64,000 bases of DNA from Escherichia coli (GCF_003991155.1 NZ_CP031293.1), one strand, 5' to 3'; counted from the stretch's first letter, positions 10,055 to 19,530 are shown. The notes: a model not told the origin generated them from the letters alone. Numbers and translations are program-made.

Positions 10055-10543
10055 ATGGAGGAAGTAAGAGTGGAAGCAACAAGTATCGTTTTTTTAGTGG
10101 TGCTCTTCGTCATTATCATGACCGCAGCAGTTATACAGAAGAAAAAGCACTACAACAGCTTTACGGAAGTTCTGGACGGCGACATTATTTCGTATGAATG
10201 CCAGCAGACAGGTATTGTAATTGATACTCAAAAACATACTGTCCGTATTTTCAATAAAGATAAAGACAGCACATATACTTTTGATGAAATCCGGGAAATA
10301 AATTATACGCTTTCAGAGGGTGGTAAGTTTTACGGCAATGGAACATTACGAGGTATGAATAATGCGGCTATTGCTAACTGGAGAGAACAACTTTCAGCGA
10401 ATAAACGGTCTGGCCTAAATATTTTAACCGATGATATTAAAAATCCCATGTGGAAAGTTAATGTTCCCCTGAAAAATAAAAGCACTTCAAATCACGAACT
10501 TTGTGAGCGATGGATGCTGGTATTTAAAAAGTATGTTTTCTGA
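10055..10543 (+). CDS. Hypothetical membrane-anchored protein (start may be GTG at 10070)
   Basis: N-terminal hydrophobic segment SIVFLVVLFVIIMTAAVI; GGAGG 8 nt before in-frame GTG. Confidence 0.4.
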   Translation: MEEVRVEATSIVFLVVLFVIIMTAAVIQKKKHYNSFTEVLDGDIISYECQQTGIVIDTQKHTVRIFNKDKDSTYTFDEIREINYTLSEGGKFYGNGTLRGMNNAAIANWREQLSANKRSGLNILTDDIKNPMWKVNVPLKNKSTSNHELCERWMLVFKKYVF

Positions 10544-10574
10544 GTCTCACCTTTCATCTATTTATGGAACAAAA

Positions 10575-10952
10575 ATGAAAAAATTATTACTTGCTATTTT
10601 TATCATATTACCACTTGGTGGCTGTACGGTTCATGGTAATAAATCCCTAACTGATGAAAATCATCAAACGGTTAAATTAAAAATCGTCAAGGGGAAAACT
10701 ACCCAACAAGAAATTCTTGCTGCCTTTGGAGAGCCTCAGACACGCGCTACGAATGATGGGCAGGAGATGTGGAACTACTCAAGTATGACGGGAGAAAGCC
10801 AACTATCTAACTACATACCGGGCCTTGCTCTATTGACCAATAGCAGCACGGCACACATTAAATCACTGGATATCTGGTTTAAGGGTGATGTTGTGGAACG
10901 TTATGATTTTCGTCAGACTGCAAGTAAGACATCTCGTGGCCTGCTTGATTAA
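10575..10952 (+). CDS. Lipoprotein, possibly BamE/SmpA-OmlA-like
   Basis: MKKLLLAIFIILPLGGC lipobox; mature part has a pattern reminiscent of small OM lipoproteins (VKLKIVKGKTTQQEILAAFGEP). Confidence 0.45.
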   Translation: MKKLLLAIFIILPLGGCTVHGNKSLTDENHQTVKLKIVKGKTTQQEILAAFGEPQTRATNDGQEMWNYSSMTGESQLSNYIPGLALLTNSSTAHIKSLDIWFKGDVVERYDFRQTASKTSRGLLD

Positions 10953-10966
10953 TATGTGTATATATA

Positions 10967-10992
10967 GGCCACAAATAGTTGTGGCCCTTTTC
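10967..10992 (+). terminator. Intrinsic terminator
   Basis: ggccacaa-atag-ttgtggcc perfect 8-bp stem followed by cttttcc. Confidence 0.5.
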
Positions 10993-11001
10993 CGTTATCA
11001 T

Positions 11002-11613
11002 CTATTTTTGTTTATATAAATCGTAGGAACTTAATTTTTTAGATTTCTCATAGGCATTTTCAATGTATAAAGATACATCTGCTAAAAATCGGTCTTCTTC
11101 TATCAATGAAATATAAGAACCAGTCAATTGATCATATGATTTGCACTCAGGGCAACAATATTTATCTTCTGAAGTTAAATTAAACCTATTATTATTAATA
11201 ATGTCATATAGTTCAGTTGTGTCAATAGTTCTTGATGAACATCCATCAGGCTTGATTGAAGAAGATACTAACCAGTCATAGCTATTATTAACCTTCATTA
11301 TCACACCAACAATGCCATTAGTTCGGGAAGTGGTTCCTCCTCTCTTGTATTCTTTCAATGCATATTCAATTTCCCAGTCAATCCATTTACTTTTAATCAT
11401 ATTCGGGGAAATAATAACGATTAAAACAGATGTCCCGAAAATCATATTTTTAAGATTGTTCTTTATATTATCTACTGTTGTATTACTTATATCAGGAGAC
11501 TCCGATGTTTCCCCTTTATAGTAAACAGCATCATCACCTAATGCCTTGACAATTTTGTCTCTTAAATCCTGTGCTTCACTATATTTATATGATATGAATG
11601 TTTCATGAGCCAT
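11002..11613 (-). CDS. thsB: Thoeris ThsB, TIR-domain protein
   Basis: N-terminal ETFISYKYSEAQ and WIDWEIEYAL are typical TIR-domain signatures; 16 bp downstream of thsA on the same strand. Confidence 0.8.
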   Translation of the reverse strand: MAHETFISYKYSEAQDLRDKIVKALGDDAVYYKGETSESPDISNTTVDNIKNNLKNMIFGTSVLIVIISPNMIKSKWIDWEIEYALKEYKRGGTTSRTNGIVGVIMKVNNSYDWLVSSSIKPDGCSSRTIDTTELYDIINNNRFNLTSEDKYCCPECKSYDQLTGSYISLIEEDRFLADVSLYIENAYEKSKKLSSYDLYKQK

Positions 11614-11629
11614 AACTTCACCTAATATA

Positions 11630-13066
11630 TTATTTATTCAGTTTGTTTATGATTTTTATTACAACTTCTATTGTTTTTTTTACCGAAAAATCTTTTTCAG
11701 TAAGCTCAGACAAATCATTATATATCCATTCATTACTTCCATAATATTTCTTAGGATCTTGTGATATTTGTTCAAATATATATTTAGACATATACCCGGT
11801 ATTGGGTAAAGGAATTGGTACAAGGCCATGTTGAACAGCAATCTCAAACTCTCTAAATACTCCCCTAGCATTTACTATATCATTATTTTCCTCTTGTTTA
11901 TTTCCAAAAATAAACAATGCAATACCACCAAGAGGAATCATTCTCTGTCTATACTCCTCCCAAAGTTCTTGAATATCTTTCCCCTTACTGACAGTTTGTG
12001 GAAATGGTCTAACAATGAGCTGTTCTTCTGATAATTTATCTGGCCTACTATAAATTGCATCCAACGCACCATTTATCACAGAACTTCCGACGCCCCATCC
12101 AAATCCATTCACTATCCTATAATTATTCTTTATAATCTCATATGCTAATGTGTGAATAAAATCTAATGCTTTAGGTCTTTCAAGATCCCCATATTTTTCT
12201 GCACTACCAGAAATAAATATCGTTTTCTTTTTAAATGATTGCTCTATCTTAGCTAGAATTTTAGGGATGTCAGAATATTCATCTATTAATAATACTTGTA
12301 TACCAAATCTCTTGAGATCATCGATTCGCAGTTTTTGTTTTCTGATCTTATAATTTACTGTTTCTTCATCATCTAGGGAATTATTAGCCTCATTCTTCAT
12401 AAAGCAATAGTGTGTCCTCTTGTCCCCAGAATGAGTATACAAACGACTCAAAATGTAATCCAGATTTGGGTCGGTAAAACTAAACCCTATGAATAGAAAG
12501 GTTTTTGATATTAAATCTCCGCTAAGTGCGGTGATAAATGAAGCGTGTGTTCTGTAGTATTTTTCATACTGCTCTTTATATAAAATAGCCTTGGATGGGG
12601 ACGAAATATCACCATGCATTTTATATACTATCGCGTCTCGCTTAGGTCGTGTTGTATTTAAATCATCTATGTTTCTTTTTACATCTGCAATTTTGTAAAC
12701 TTTCCGCAGACTATCTTCAATTAAAGTGTCATAGTTTGTTGTCCAAAATGTCTTAATCGGTAAACGAGCAATTATATTATGAACCTCTGATGGCTCGGCT
12801 TGCTCAGAAAACTCTTCGATTATCTTCCTTGTGAGTTTTGTAGCCCCTTTCTTTTCATTAACATGAAATTGAGCAAGCGATATTAGATCGTCTTCTTTAT
12901 TAATGTCTAAACTAAGCTCTTCTGCTATATCGCTAAGTAATTCTTTCCAATCAACATAACCTTGACTTTTAGACATTCCTGCGCCAGAAAAAATAGCAGC
13001 ACAATCATTTTCAAGATCTTTAACAAAATCTTTTATGAAAACTTCAATTTCATTACTAAACGTCAT
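11630..13066 (-). CDS. thsA: Thoeris ThsA, SIR2 (NAD-binding) plus SLOG domain protein
   Basis: From ATG at 13066 (GGAG RBS 9 nt upstream) the protein MTFSNEIEVFIKDF...AAIFSGAGMS...TTNYD...MHGD (SIR2) then IFISGSA...GFGWGVGSSVINGALD (SLOG) closely parallels Bacillus cereus ThsA as I recall it. Confidence 0.85.
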   Translation of the reverse strand: MTFSNEIEVFIKDFVKDLENDCAAIFSGAGMSKSQGYVDWKELLSDIAEELSLDINKEDDLISLAQFHVNEKKGATKLTRKIIEEFSEQAEPSEVHNIIARLPIKTFWTTNYDTLIEDSLRKVYKIADVKRNIDDLNTTRPKRDAIVYKMHGDISSPSKAILYKEQYEKYYRTHASFITALSGDLISKTFLFIGFSFTDPNLDYILSRLYTHSGDKRTHYCFMKNEANNSLDDEETVNYKIRKQKLRIDDLKRFGIQVLLIDEYSDIPKILAKIEQSFKKKTIFISGSAEKYGDLERPKALDFIHTLAYEIIKNNYRIVNGFGWGVGSSVINGALDAIYSRPDKLSEEQLIVRPFPQTVSKGKDIQELWEEYRQRMIPLGGIALFIFGNKQEENNDIVNARGVFREFEIAVQHGLVPIPLPNTGYMSKYIFEQISQDPKKYYGSNEWIYNDLSELTEKDFSVKKTIEVVIKIINKLNK

Positions 13067-13274
13067 TACACTTATCTCCATTTTAACTATTATTCCCAAA
13101 AGTAGAGAATAAACCTTTCAACCGGAGTTCATGAAACAGCATCTAAAAATATTCTGCCGGATACGAGTAAAATCATACTGGATATAAAAACAGTTGTCGA
13201 GAACTAAAACAATTGAAAACATGGCCAGATGGCATAGATAATATTACATACGAAAATTATTAACCAGATAATAT

Positions 13275-14237
13275 TCACGATGGTGATGTTTCATCGGACA
13301 TCCTTACATTATAAAGAAAAACCAGATGCATATTTACATCATTTCTTTTCTTAAAATAGCTATAACGCTGGAGGCTCAGCCATTTTGATGTTGCCAATAC
13401 GTATGGGCAGCCCTCCTTCCTGCTGGCACAACTTCTTAATGGATTGCCACTCCGCTTTTCAGACTCCATGTGAGAAGTGAGCGAATCAAAAGCACCGTCG
13501 GCTACGACGATGGTAGGTTCTTCATCTGTTTCATTGCCGATCGACTCCGTATTTGTGCTTTCAGCACGTTCTTCTTCCAGTTCAGCCAGACTCGCTTTCA
13601 GCTCATCAAGGCTGCTGGCTGCGTCTTTTGGTGCATAGAAGAACAGCCCGCTAATGAAGATGGCTTCCATAACCTCTCTAAAAGAAAACGAGGTATCGCC
13701 ATAAACAAAGCAACTGTGCTTGGAACTCTTCACACCCGATACGTTTTTCTTCAGCAAACCGTCTTTCGGTGAAGTCATTAATGTCTGTTTGCTATAGAGG
13801 ATTACAGGAAGATTTTTAATTTGTTGAACATCGCCGCTGATACTCCAGCGTTCTTTATCTCCTTTGATAAAGCCGGAAGCATCACAGCTACTTTCTATGT
13901 CAAACTCATCAGTCGGGAAGCGCTCGCGATTAAAATAGGTCGAAAAATCCTCCCCTTCTTCCATATCCTGACGCTTGTAAGCGCGATAAACCGAGCTTCG
14001 ACGGTCAATTCCGATCCATTCAATATCCCATGCCGTTGGCCCGGACGGTTTTCTTACCTCATCTATATAAGCACCAACATCTCTGTCCAGATAAGCTGCT
14101 AACAAAGCCTTCCATGGTTCTATTGCCAGAAAGATACTTGCCAGCGTTGTTCCTTCTTCAATCAGAACGGTATGGTGGAAGAACCGGAGAAGAAAGAACG
14201 GATCGGTATTGGCTATGACGTTCTGGATGGATAGCAA
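13275..14237 (-). CDS. Hypothetical protein with acidic central region
   Basis: 320-aa ORF immediately upstream of thsA; no recognisable domain. Confidence 0.35.
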   Translation of the reverse strand: MLSIQNVIANTDPFFLLRFFHHTVLIEEGTTLASIFLAIEPWKALLAAYLDRDVGAYIDEVRKPSGPTAWDIEWIGIDRRSSVYRAYKRQDMEEGEDFSTYFNRERFPTDEFDIESSCDASGFIKGDKERWSISGDVQQIKNLPVILYSKQTLMTSPKDGLLKKNVSGVKSSKHSCFVYGDTSFSFREVMEAIFISGLFFYAPKDAASSLDELKASLAELEEERAESTNTESIGNETDEEPTIVVADGAFDSLTSHMESEKRSGNPLRSCASRKEGCPYVLATSKWLSLQRYSYFKKRNDVNMHLVFLYNVRMSDETSPS

Positions 14238-14369
14238 TGGAACGGCAGCGGTTTCATCGTAATTGGATTGAAACCGTAGTATTGCATCGGAACAAAAATT
14301 AACTTACCTTCCATTGCTCATCCTTCTCCTGTAGTTATCAGACTAAATATTTTACCAGATCATAGGTTA

Positions 14370-14756
14370 TTATCGCATTTTGCTTTTTACTGATTCATAT
14401 TCGTTGGTGTGATCCTTAAAAGTGCTTATTGCTTTGGGCAATGACCTGTTAAATAAACCATTAATCTCCTGTGATGCTTTTCCGTTTCTGACAACCATAA
14501 TATATCCAAGAGTCAGATCTTGTCTTATCATTGGATTCAATGATTCTATACCTATGCTAATCCCCGTATTTTTGTATTTAGCAACCGGATACCCAACTGA
14601 ACTATGGATAACAATATTGCCGCTATCTGCAAGCCTTGATAACATTCTGTCGCTGTATATCGATTTTCTTAAATCCTCTAAAACAGGGATATAGTGTTTA
14701 TCCATTGTTCCTGTTAAAGTTGTAGGTATATAGATCTTTGTTTTTATTTTTAGCAT
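14370..14756 (-). CDS. Hypothetical protein
   Basis: 128-aa ORF, same strand as and upstream of 13275-14237. Confidence 0.35.
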   Translation of the reverse strand: MLKIKTKIYIPTTLTGTMDKHYIPVLEDLRKSIYSDRMLSRLADSGNIVIHSSVGYPVAKYKNTGISIGIESLNPMIRQDLTLGYIMVVRNGKASQEINGLFNRSLPKAISTFKDHTNEYESVKSKMR

Positions 14757-14883
14757 GATATTTTCCTGTTATTGTTTTTATTTAATACCATGCAACTGAT
14801 CGTAATATCAAAGATATTTATTATGTTCAATATAACTTTTAAAACATCTGCGATTTTATAGTTTCTTCACTCATCTGTGTGAG

Positions 14884-15108
14884 TTATGAAACCAAACGAA
14901 TATAAATATTTTTCAACCTGTCTTTATCACAACGACTTACAGACTCTGATAACAGATAATGACTATAATTATTGACACAAATATTGTTGCCGTTTTCAAG
15001 GGTTAATTTCAATCCAAGTTCTGTATCTTCAACTTTGTTTATAATACAGATCATAAATGGTGTTTTGTCATGTGGATGGAAGAGTGTGATCATTTTGATA
15101 TTGTTCAT
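14884..15108 (-). CDS. Hypothetical small protein (doubtful)
   Basis: 74-aa ORF in AT-rich DNA; no RBS assessment possible. Confidence 0.2.
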   Translation of the reverse strand: MNNIKMITLFHPHDKTPFMICIINKVEDTELGLKLTLENGNNICVNNYSHYLLSESVSRCDKDRLKNIYIRLVS

Positions 15109-15436
15109 TGTGTTTGTCCTTTTTTATTTATTACTGGTTAATACTCTATCGCAAGTGTAAAAATCAAATATATTTTCATTTATTAATGATTTTACTTCTT
15201 ATTATTAAACTTCTTTTTGAAAAGATTTTTATCTCTGTGCTTATGCACGGCTACGCCCTAAAACTGACATTTTGTATTTTATTTTACTACTATGAGGTAA
15301 TAAGTGAATGTATTCGATCATAGTCAGATCTATTTTCCTTTTAACTTTTAATTCGGTTCCTATGTTTGAACATAGCATTCCTCCTCTGACATATAGCATT
15401 TGCTCTTAAATGTATAGGAAAACTATATCTTTAGTA

Positions 15437-15474
15437 GCAGCACTTCGTGATTGTTGCCAACAATCACTTTGCTG
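15437..15474. repeat. 38-bp repeat containing a perfect palindrome gtgattgttg-c-caacaatcac (copy 1)
   Basis: Direct reading of the sequence; 10-bp arms. Confidence 0.6.
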
Positions 15475-15576
15475 AACAGGGCTTGTCCCTGTTAATTATG
15501 GATTTATCCAAAAAAAGATCGCGTCGAAGACGCATATAAAGTAAAAGGAAAATTAATTAAGCTCTCACAGTAAATG

Positions 15577-15614
15577 CAGCGGTTCGTGATTGTATGCAAC
15601 AATCACTTCGCTGT
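15577..15614. repeat. 38-bp repeat, copy 2 (gtgattgt-atgca-acaatcac), about 85 percent identical to copy 1
   Basis: Direct reading; 140 bp from copy 1 in an ORF-free stretch. Confidence 0.6.
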
Positions 15615-15835
15615 AATAACATAGTAAGGAAGATAAAGTTCAATAACGTTAGTAGGTGCCATTTATATAAGACACCAATCAACTAAAAAGAAGAACTGTT
15701 TTCTATATTTCATCCTTTTAAACGTCATCCAAAGCTTCGCTATTTGAATAATGAAGAAGAAAAATGCTCTCAAGCCAGTTATAGCTTAAAACAAAGTACG
15801 CACTCTCGGGAGTTAAAGTCCCGAATCCCGGTACT

Positions 15836-15854
15836 TAAGATGATAATCATTATC
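15836..15854. promoter_or_regulatory. Fur-box-like palindrome
   Basis: taagatgataatcattatc matches the 19-bp Fur consensus GATAATGATAATCATTATC at 16/19; core tgataatcattatca is a perfect 7-1-7 palindrome; about 170 bp upstream of gene 16023. Confidence 0.4.
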
Positions 15855-16022
15855 AATAATAAAAAATAATACAGCTCCTATTTTTACTTATTTCAGAACT
15901 TGAAGTTTTTAATAACCAAACTTCAAGTATTATTATTTTTATAAAAACTGCACTTAAAATATTGACTAACTAAAAATAGTACGTTATCTACTTTATATAA
16001 AAAGAATAAAGGGGAAAGTATT

Positions 16023-16568
16023 ATGTTAGATAATAAAATAAAAAAATCAAGAAGAGGTCTACCTCGCCATGTAAAAAACCCATTCCTTAATGATACAAAT
16101 ATACATACAAAAACAGGTATCAGACGTATCACAACAGGAAAAGATCGCTTAGCCGTAGTAAATGAAAATACAGGAGAACAGGTTGGGCATGGTGGTTTCT
16201 TTCAGTCAATGGAAGTAGACAAGACACAGTTCGTGAAGCTTTATGTGGATGGCGTATCAGCTATTGAGGGTTTATCCTCATCCGGTAAGAAAGTATTTAA
16301 GATACTGTATCTTGCTATTAGAGACAATAAAGATACAGATACGATATTAATGTCATTCGATATTGTTGATCAAGAGATTGTAAAAATATCAAGAACGACA
16401 TATTTCAAAGGGATGAAAGAACTTGCTGACAAGAAATTTATTGCTGAGACCATGATACAGAACTATTATTTTATTAATCCAGACTATATGTTTAATGGTG
16501 ATCGTTTAACTTTCATGAAAACTTATTACTTGAAGGGTAAAAAGAAAACAGCGAATAATAAAAATTAA
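16023..16568 (+). CDS. Hypothetical basic protein, possibly DNA-binding
   Basis: 181-aa ORF with AAAGGGGAAAG RBS-like region upstream; weak resemblance to small replication/DNA-binding proteins, not verified. Confidence 0.35.
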   Translation: MLDNKIKKSRRGLPRHVKNPFLNDTNIHTKTGIRRITTGKDRLAVVNENTGEQVGHGGFFQSMEVDKTQFVKLYVDGVSAIEGLSSSGKKVFKILYLAIRDNKDTDTILMSFDIVDQEIVKISRTTYFKGMKELADKKFIAETMIQNYYFINPDYMFNGDRLTFMKTYYLKGKKKTANNKN

Positions 16569-16722
16569 TTACCAACGGGAAAACAGGTTAAAAAATCGCC
16601 GTAATAAACTACGATTACATTAAAGGTATTTTCTTGCCAAGAGAGAAACATCACCAATTTGACACCTGAACCATATCTCGTAATATAAATATATCAACCA
16701 TTTTATTTACGAGGTATTTCTT

Positions 16723-17202
16723 ATGAGAAAAGTAAAAACAGACAACAGTGATTTAATCGAATACGTAAATACAGTTAAAGAACTAAAAAATCACATTCCA
16801 ATAGAAGAATACAGAAATGAATATCGTAAACTGCGTTCCGATGATATTCCATTGGTTAAAGCTCAGAAATTTAAATCTGCCCATACCGAACTTCGCAGAC
16901 TTGAAAAAAAGAGAGAGTCTCTTATTGAATACTTTATTGACGAGTTAAATCCCATCAGCAGTTCAAAAGCTAACACATCAGCGAGATCAACTAGTAATCT
17001 CGATTTATTTAACGAACGCGTGTTATACCGTAAGGCTATTTCAGAAAAGAGTGATGAAGAAATAGTAGCCTTGGTCATAAAACAACGCACAGAAGCCGCT
17101 GTTGAGTTCCAACGTTCAATTGAACATAGTCTTGAGCAACTATCTCGTATCTCGTCAGAGTTCGAACCAGCAAGCCAAAAGCGCAGGAAAATGTCTCTTT
17201 AA
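16723..17202 (+). CDS. Hypothetical protein
   Basis: 159-aa ORF, charged and coiled-coil-like. Confidence 0.35.
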   Translation: MRKVKTDNSDLIEYVNTVKELKNHIPIEEYRNEYRKLRSDDIPLVKAQKFKSAHTELRRLEKKRESLIEYFIDELNPISSSKANTSARSTSNLDLFNERVLYRKAISEKSDEEIVALVIKQRTEAAVEFQRSIEHSLEQLSRISSEFEPASQKRRKMSL

Positions 17203-17359
17203 AACGACTCTATGCTATTCGTGTGAAATGTGATGTATTAGATTGCTTATGCAATAATGTTTACTATATTATTTACTGACTGTTTTTTTTGATTTTTCCA
17301 ACAGCACCGTAAGCATTATTTTTATTAATCGCCTATTTTAAAACACCGGATGACATACT

Positions 17360-17764
17360 ATGAGTGAAGCTCTCAAGGCACTGAACAATATTCGTACACT
17401 TCGCGCACATGCTCGTGAAACAGATCTGACAACTCTGGAAGAGATGCTGGAAAAGCTCTCTGCTGTCGTTGAAGATCGCCGTGAGGAAGAAAATTCAGCC
17501 CGTAAAGAACAAGAAGAACGTCAGGCTAAACTGGAAGCCTTCCGCCAGAAATTGTTAGAAGACGGTATCGATCCTACAGAACTACTCGCTGCTGTTAGTT
17601 CATCCCAGCCTAAAGCCAAATCAACTCGTGCTCCTCGTCCTGCTAAATACAAATATACAGATGAAAACGGTAATGAGCAGACTTGGACGGGTCAGGGCCG
17701 TACTCCTAAAGCAATCGCCGCTGCTATCGAAGCTGGTAAGACACTGGAAGACTTTGCAATCTAA
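17360..17764 (+). CDS. H-NS family nucleoid-associated protein (island-encoded paralogue)
   Basis: [20 protein letters not shown]...[25 protein letters not shown] aligns closely with E. coli H-NS, including the DNA-binding TWTGQGRTP motif. Confidence 0.85.
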   Translation: MSEALKALNNIRTLRAHARETDLTTLEEMLEKLSAVVEDRREEENSARKEQEERQAKLEAFRQKLLEDGIDPTELLAAVSSSQPKAKSTRAPRPAKYKYTDENGNEQTWTGQGRTPKAIAAAIEAGKTLEDFAI

Positions 17765-17827
17765 CCGCTACAGCATATCCGGGCTTCACTGTTCTCAAGA
17801 TAACAGGCCCGGAAAATATTCGATTTT

Positions 17828-18208
17828 TCATCCAAGGCTATCCCAGTCTGGCAGGTTGTTAACGACCTTTCGCCACCAATGATACGCAGCCATAAGAACA
17901 CCAAAACAAATACCTGCGACGACGCTTGAGACAAATGCAGTGCCCGGTTGTATCCCTGTATCCTTCCAAGTAAAAAACCACATACAGATCCCCCATGCCG
18001 GACCAAACCATCCACCCATCAACAAAGTGATTTGCCAGAATGAGGCAAAAGGTAGCGGTGGTATCTTGAGTCCAGCTTTCCATGCGAGGTGTAGCAAAGG
18101 AGGGGCATAATTACTTCGCCACATCTTCTTGCTTTCCATGATGGCAATAGCGTGTTTCTTTTTAGCTTCAAAGCCCATACGGTTCCCTCCAGCTCCACCT
18201 TTACTCAT
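17828..18208 (-). CDS. Hypothetical inner-membrane protein
   Basis: 126-aa ORF with two or more hydrophobic, Trp-rich segments. Confidence 0.4.
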   Translation of the reverse strand: MSKGGAGGNRMGFEAKKKHAIAIMESKKMWRSNYAPPLLHLAWKAGLKIPPLPFASFWQITLLMGGWFGPAWGICMWFFTWKDTGIQPGTAFVSSVVAGICFGVLMAAYHWWRKVVNNLPDWDSLG

Positions 18209-18282
18209 CTATCGATAAAAAGCCACAATAGACAATAATGATTATCAATTCCATGTATGTAAGTCAAAAATAACTCAAATAG

Positions 18283-18525
18283 TCATTCCTTTAGATCTTC
18301 TGGCGAAACCCGGTCACATGCCATTTTCTCAAGCATTCTTTGTAATCTTTTCATTTTCAACTTACGCGCTTTTTTCTCACCAATCTCCTGATAGTATTCT
18401 TCACGACGTTCGTTGACCACGCTCCTGAAATTTTTCAAAAGCTGTTCAAGTGTTTTGATGTCAGTAGTTGCGGCTTCCGCTTGGATTTTTTTATACATAT
18501 ACATCACATGAAATTCATCGATCAT
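18283..18525 (-). CDS. hnsT: Truncated H-NS-like protein (H-NST-like, oligomerisation domain only)
   Basis: 80-aa protein with TLEQLLKNFRSVVNERREE matching the H-NS N-terminal dimerisation region but no DNA-binding domain. Confidence 0.6.
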   Translation of the reverse strand: MIDEFHVMYMYKKIQAEAATTDIKTLEQLLKNFRSVVNERREEYYQEIGEKKARKLKMKRLQRMLEKMACDRVSPEDLKE

Positions 18526-18598
18526 TTTTTAGCTCCTTGAATAGACAAATAATATTTGTTATCAGCCCCAAGAAGGGGCCGATAGACACCAGAACATA

Positions 18599-18895
18599 TC
18601 AACATATTGATTCCGCCAGAACCGTATAATGCATTTTGGCTAATGCCTGCTTAACCCCCTTAAAATCCACCTCAGATAGTTTTTCAGCCGCGTTCTTTTT
18701 CCATGCTTTTTTCAGAAGATGTTTCTCCGCATTTCTCATCGCCAGATCGATTAGCCTACAGACAAACTCATGATCCATTACATGCGTTATAATCATATTA
18801 CTGGTCGTTTTATCCTTTGAGTTAAAAAGCTCCGCGTAGATATGCAAGGACACAACATAAAAGATTTCAGTATTTTTATTTTTAAATGTATTCAT
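18599..18895 (-). CDS. Hypothetical protein
   Basis: ORF 18599..18955; likely start MNTFKNK at 18895. Confidence 0.3.
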   Translation of the reverse strand: MNTFKNKNTEIFYVVSLHIYAELFNSKDKTTSNMIITHVMDHEFVCRLIDLAMRNAEKHLLKKAWKKNAAEKLSEVDFKGVKQALAKMHYTVLAESIC

Positions 18896-18939
18896 TGGCT
18901 TTTCCTTTTGGTTAATATTAAAAATGAAATGCTGTAGCA

Positions 18940-19242
18940 TTAGCGGTATACACACTTATAGACAATCCAAAGCTGACGAAGGTGTTGTTTTACCTTACTG
19001 TGGCTTACTTCTCCATAAATCCGATTCCTTTGGTCTTCTTCTGTGTCATCATAAAAATGATATCTCGTTTTTTTAATGATACTTTCCATAATGTCATTCA
19101 TATTGTATTTATTGTTGAGAAAATAATAAAAATCATCTGGTGCATTCCTCTGCAATTCGTCCATATAGTTCCTAAAATAACATTCGGCTTGTTCAATAAA
19201 CTGTTTTGTCGTAATAAGTTCTATCTTCATATTCTTCTCCAT
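18940..19242 (-). CDS. Hypothetical protein
   Basis: 100-aa ORF. Confidence 0.3.
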   Translation of the reverse strand: MEKNMKIELITTKQFIEQAECYFRNYMDELQRNAPDDFYYFLNNKYNMNDIMESIIKKTRYHFYDDTEEDQRNRIYGEVSHSKVKQHLRQLWIVYKCVYR

Positions 19243-19311
19243 TATTATTTAGGATAATAAAATGCCCTGTGCGAACAGTTATCTGTTCGACACGAGATCT
19301 TGTTTCTGTTT

Positions 19312-19530
19312 TTATGCAGCGTTCTGGCGTGAGTTTCGAATAGTCGTTTCAATCCATTCATCAATCTCACTTTCAACAAAAGCAACACACCTCGGACCTA
19401 TTTTTACTCTGTCAGGAAAGTTTCCTTCCTTAATACGCTCATATAAAGTCGTGCGACTGAATCCCACTCGATTTAAAACATCAGGAACGCGGATAAATCG
19501 TTTTACGCTGGTTTCAATATTTTCTTTCAT
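19312..19530 (-). CDS. alpA: AlpA-family phage regulatory protein (MerR-like HTH)
   Basis: IRVPDVLNRVGFSRTTLYERIKEGNFPDRVKIGPRCVAFVESEIDEWI matches the AlpA pattern; AGAGGA RBS 6 nt before ATG 19530. Confidence 0.7.
   Translation of the reverse strand: MKENIETSVKRFIRVPDVLNRVGFSRTTLYERIKEGNFPDRVKIGPRCVAFVESEIDEWIETTIRNSRQNAA

Noticed and set aside
13067-13099. Longer ThsA start at TTG 13099 (MGIIVKMEISVM...)
   Set aside because: The ATG at 13066 has a GGAG RBS at proper spacing and gives an N-terminus (MTFSNEIEVF) that aligns with known ThsA; the extension is probably not translated
15437-15614. Possible CRISPR array from the repeated palindromic 38-mers
   Set aside because: Only two copies, 140 bp apart, with no regular repeat-spacer periodicity and no cas genes; better explained as operator or sRNA-related repeats
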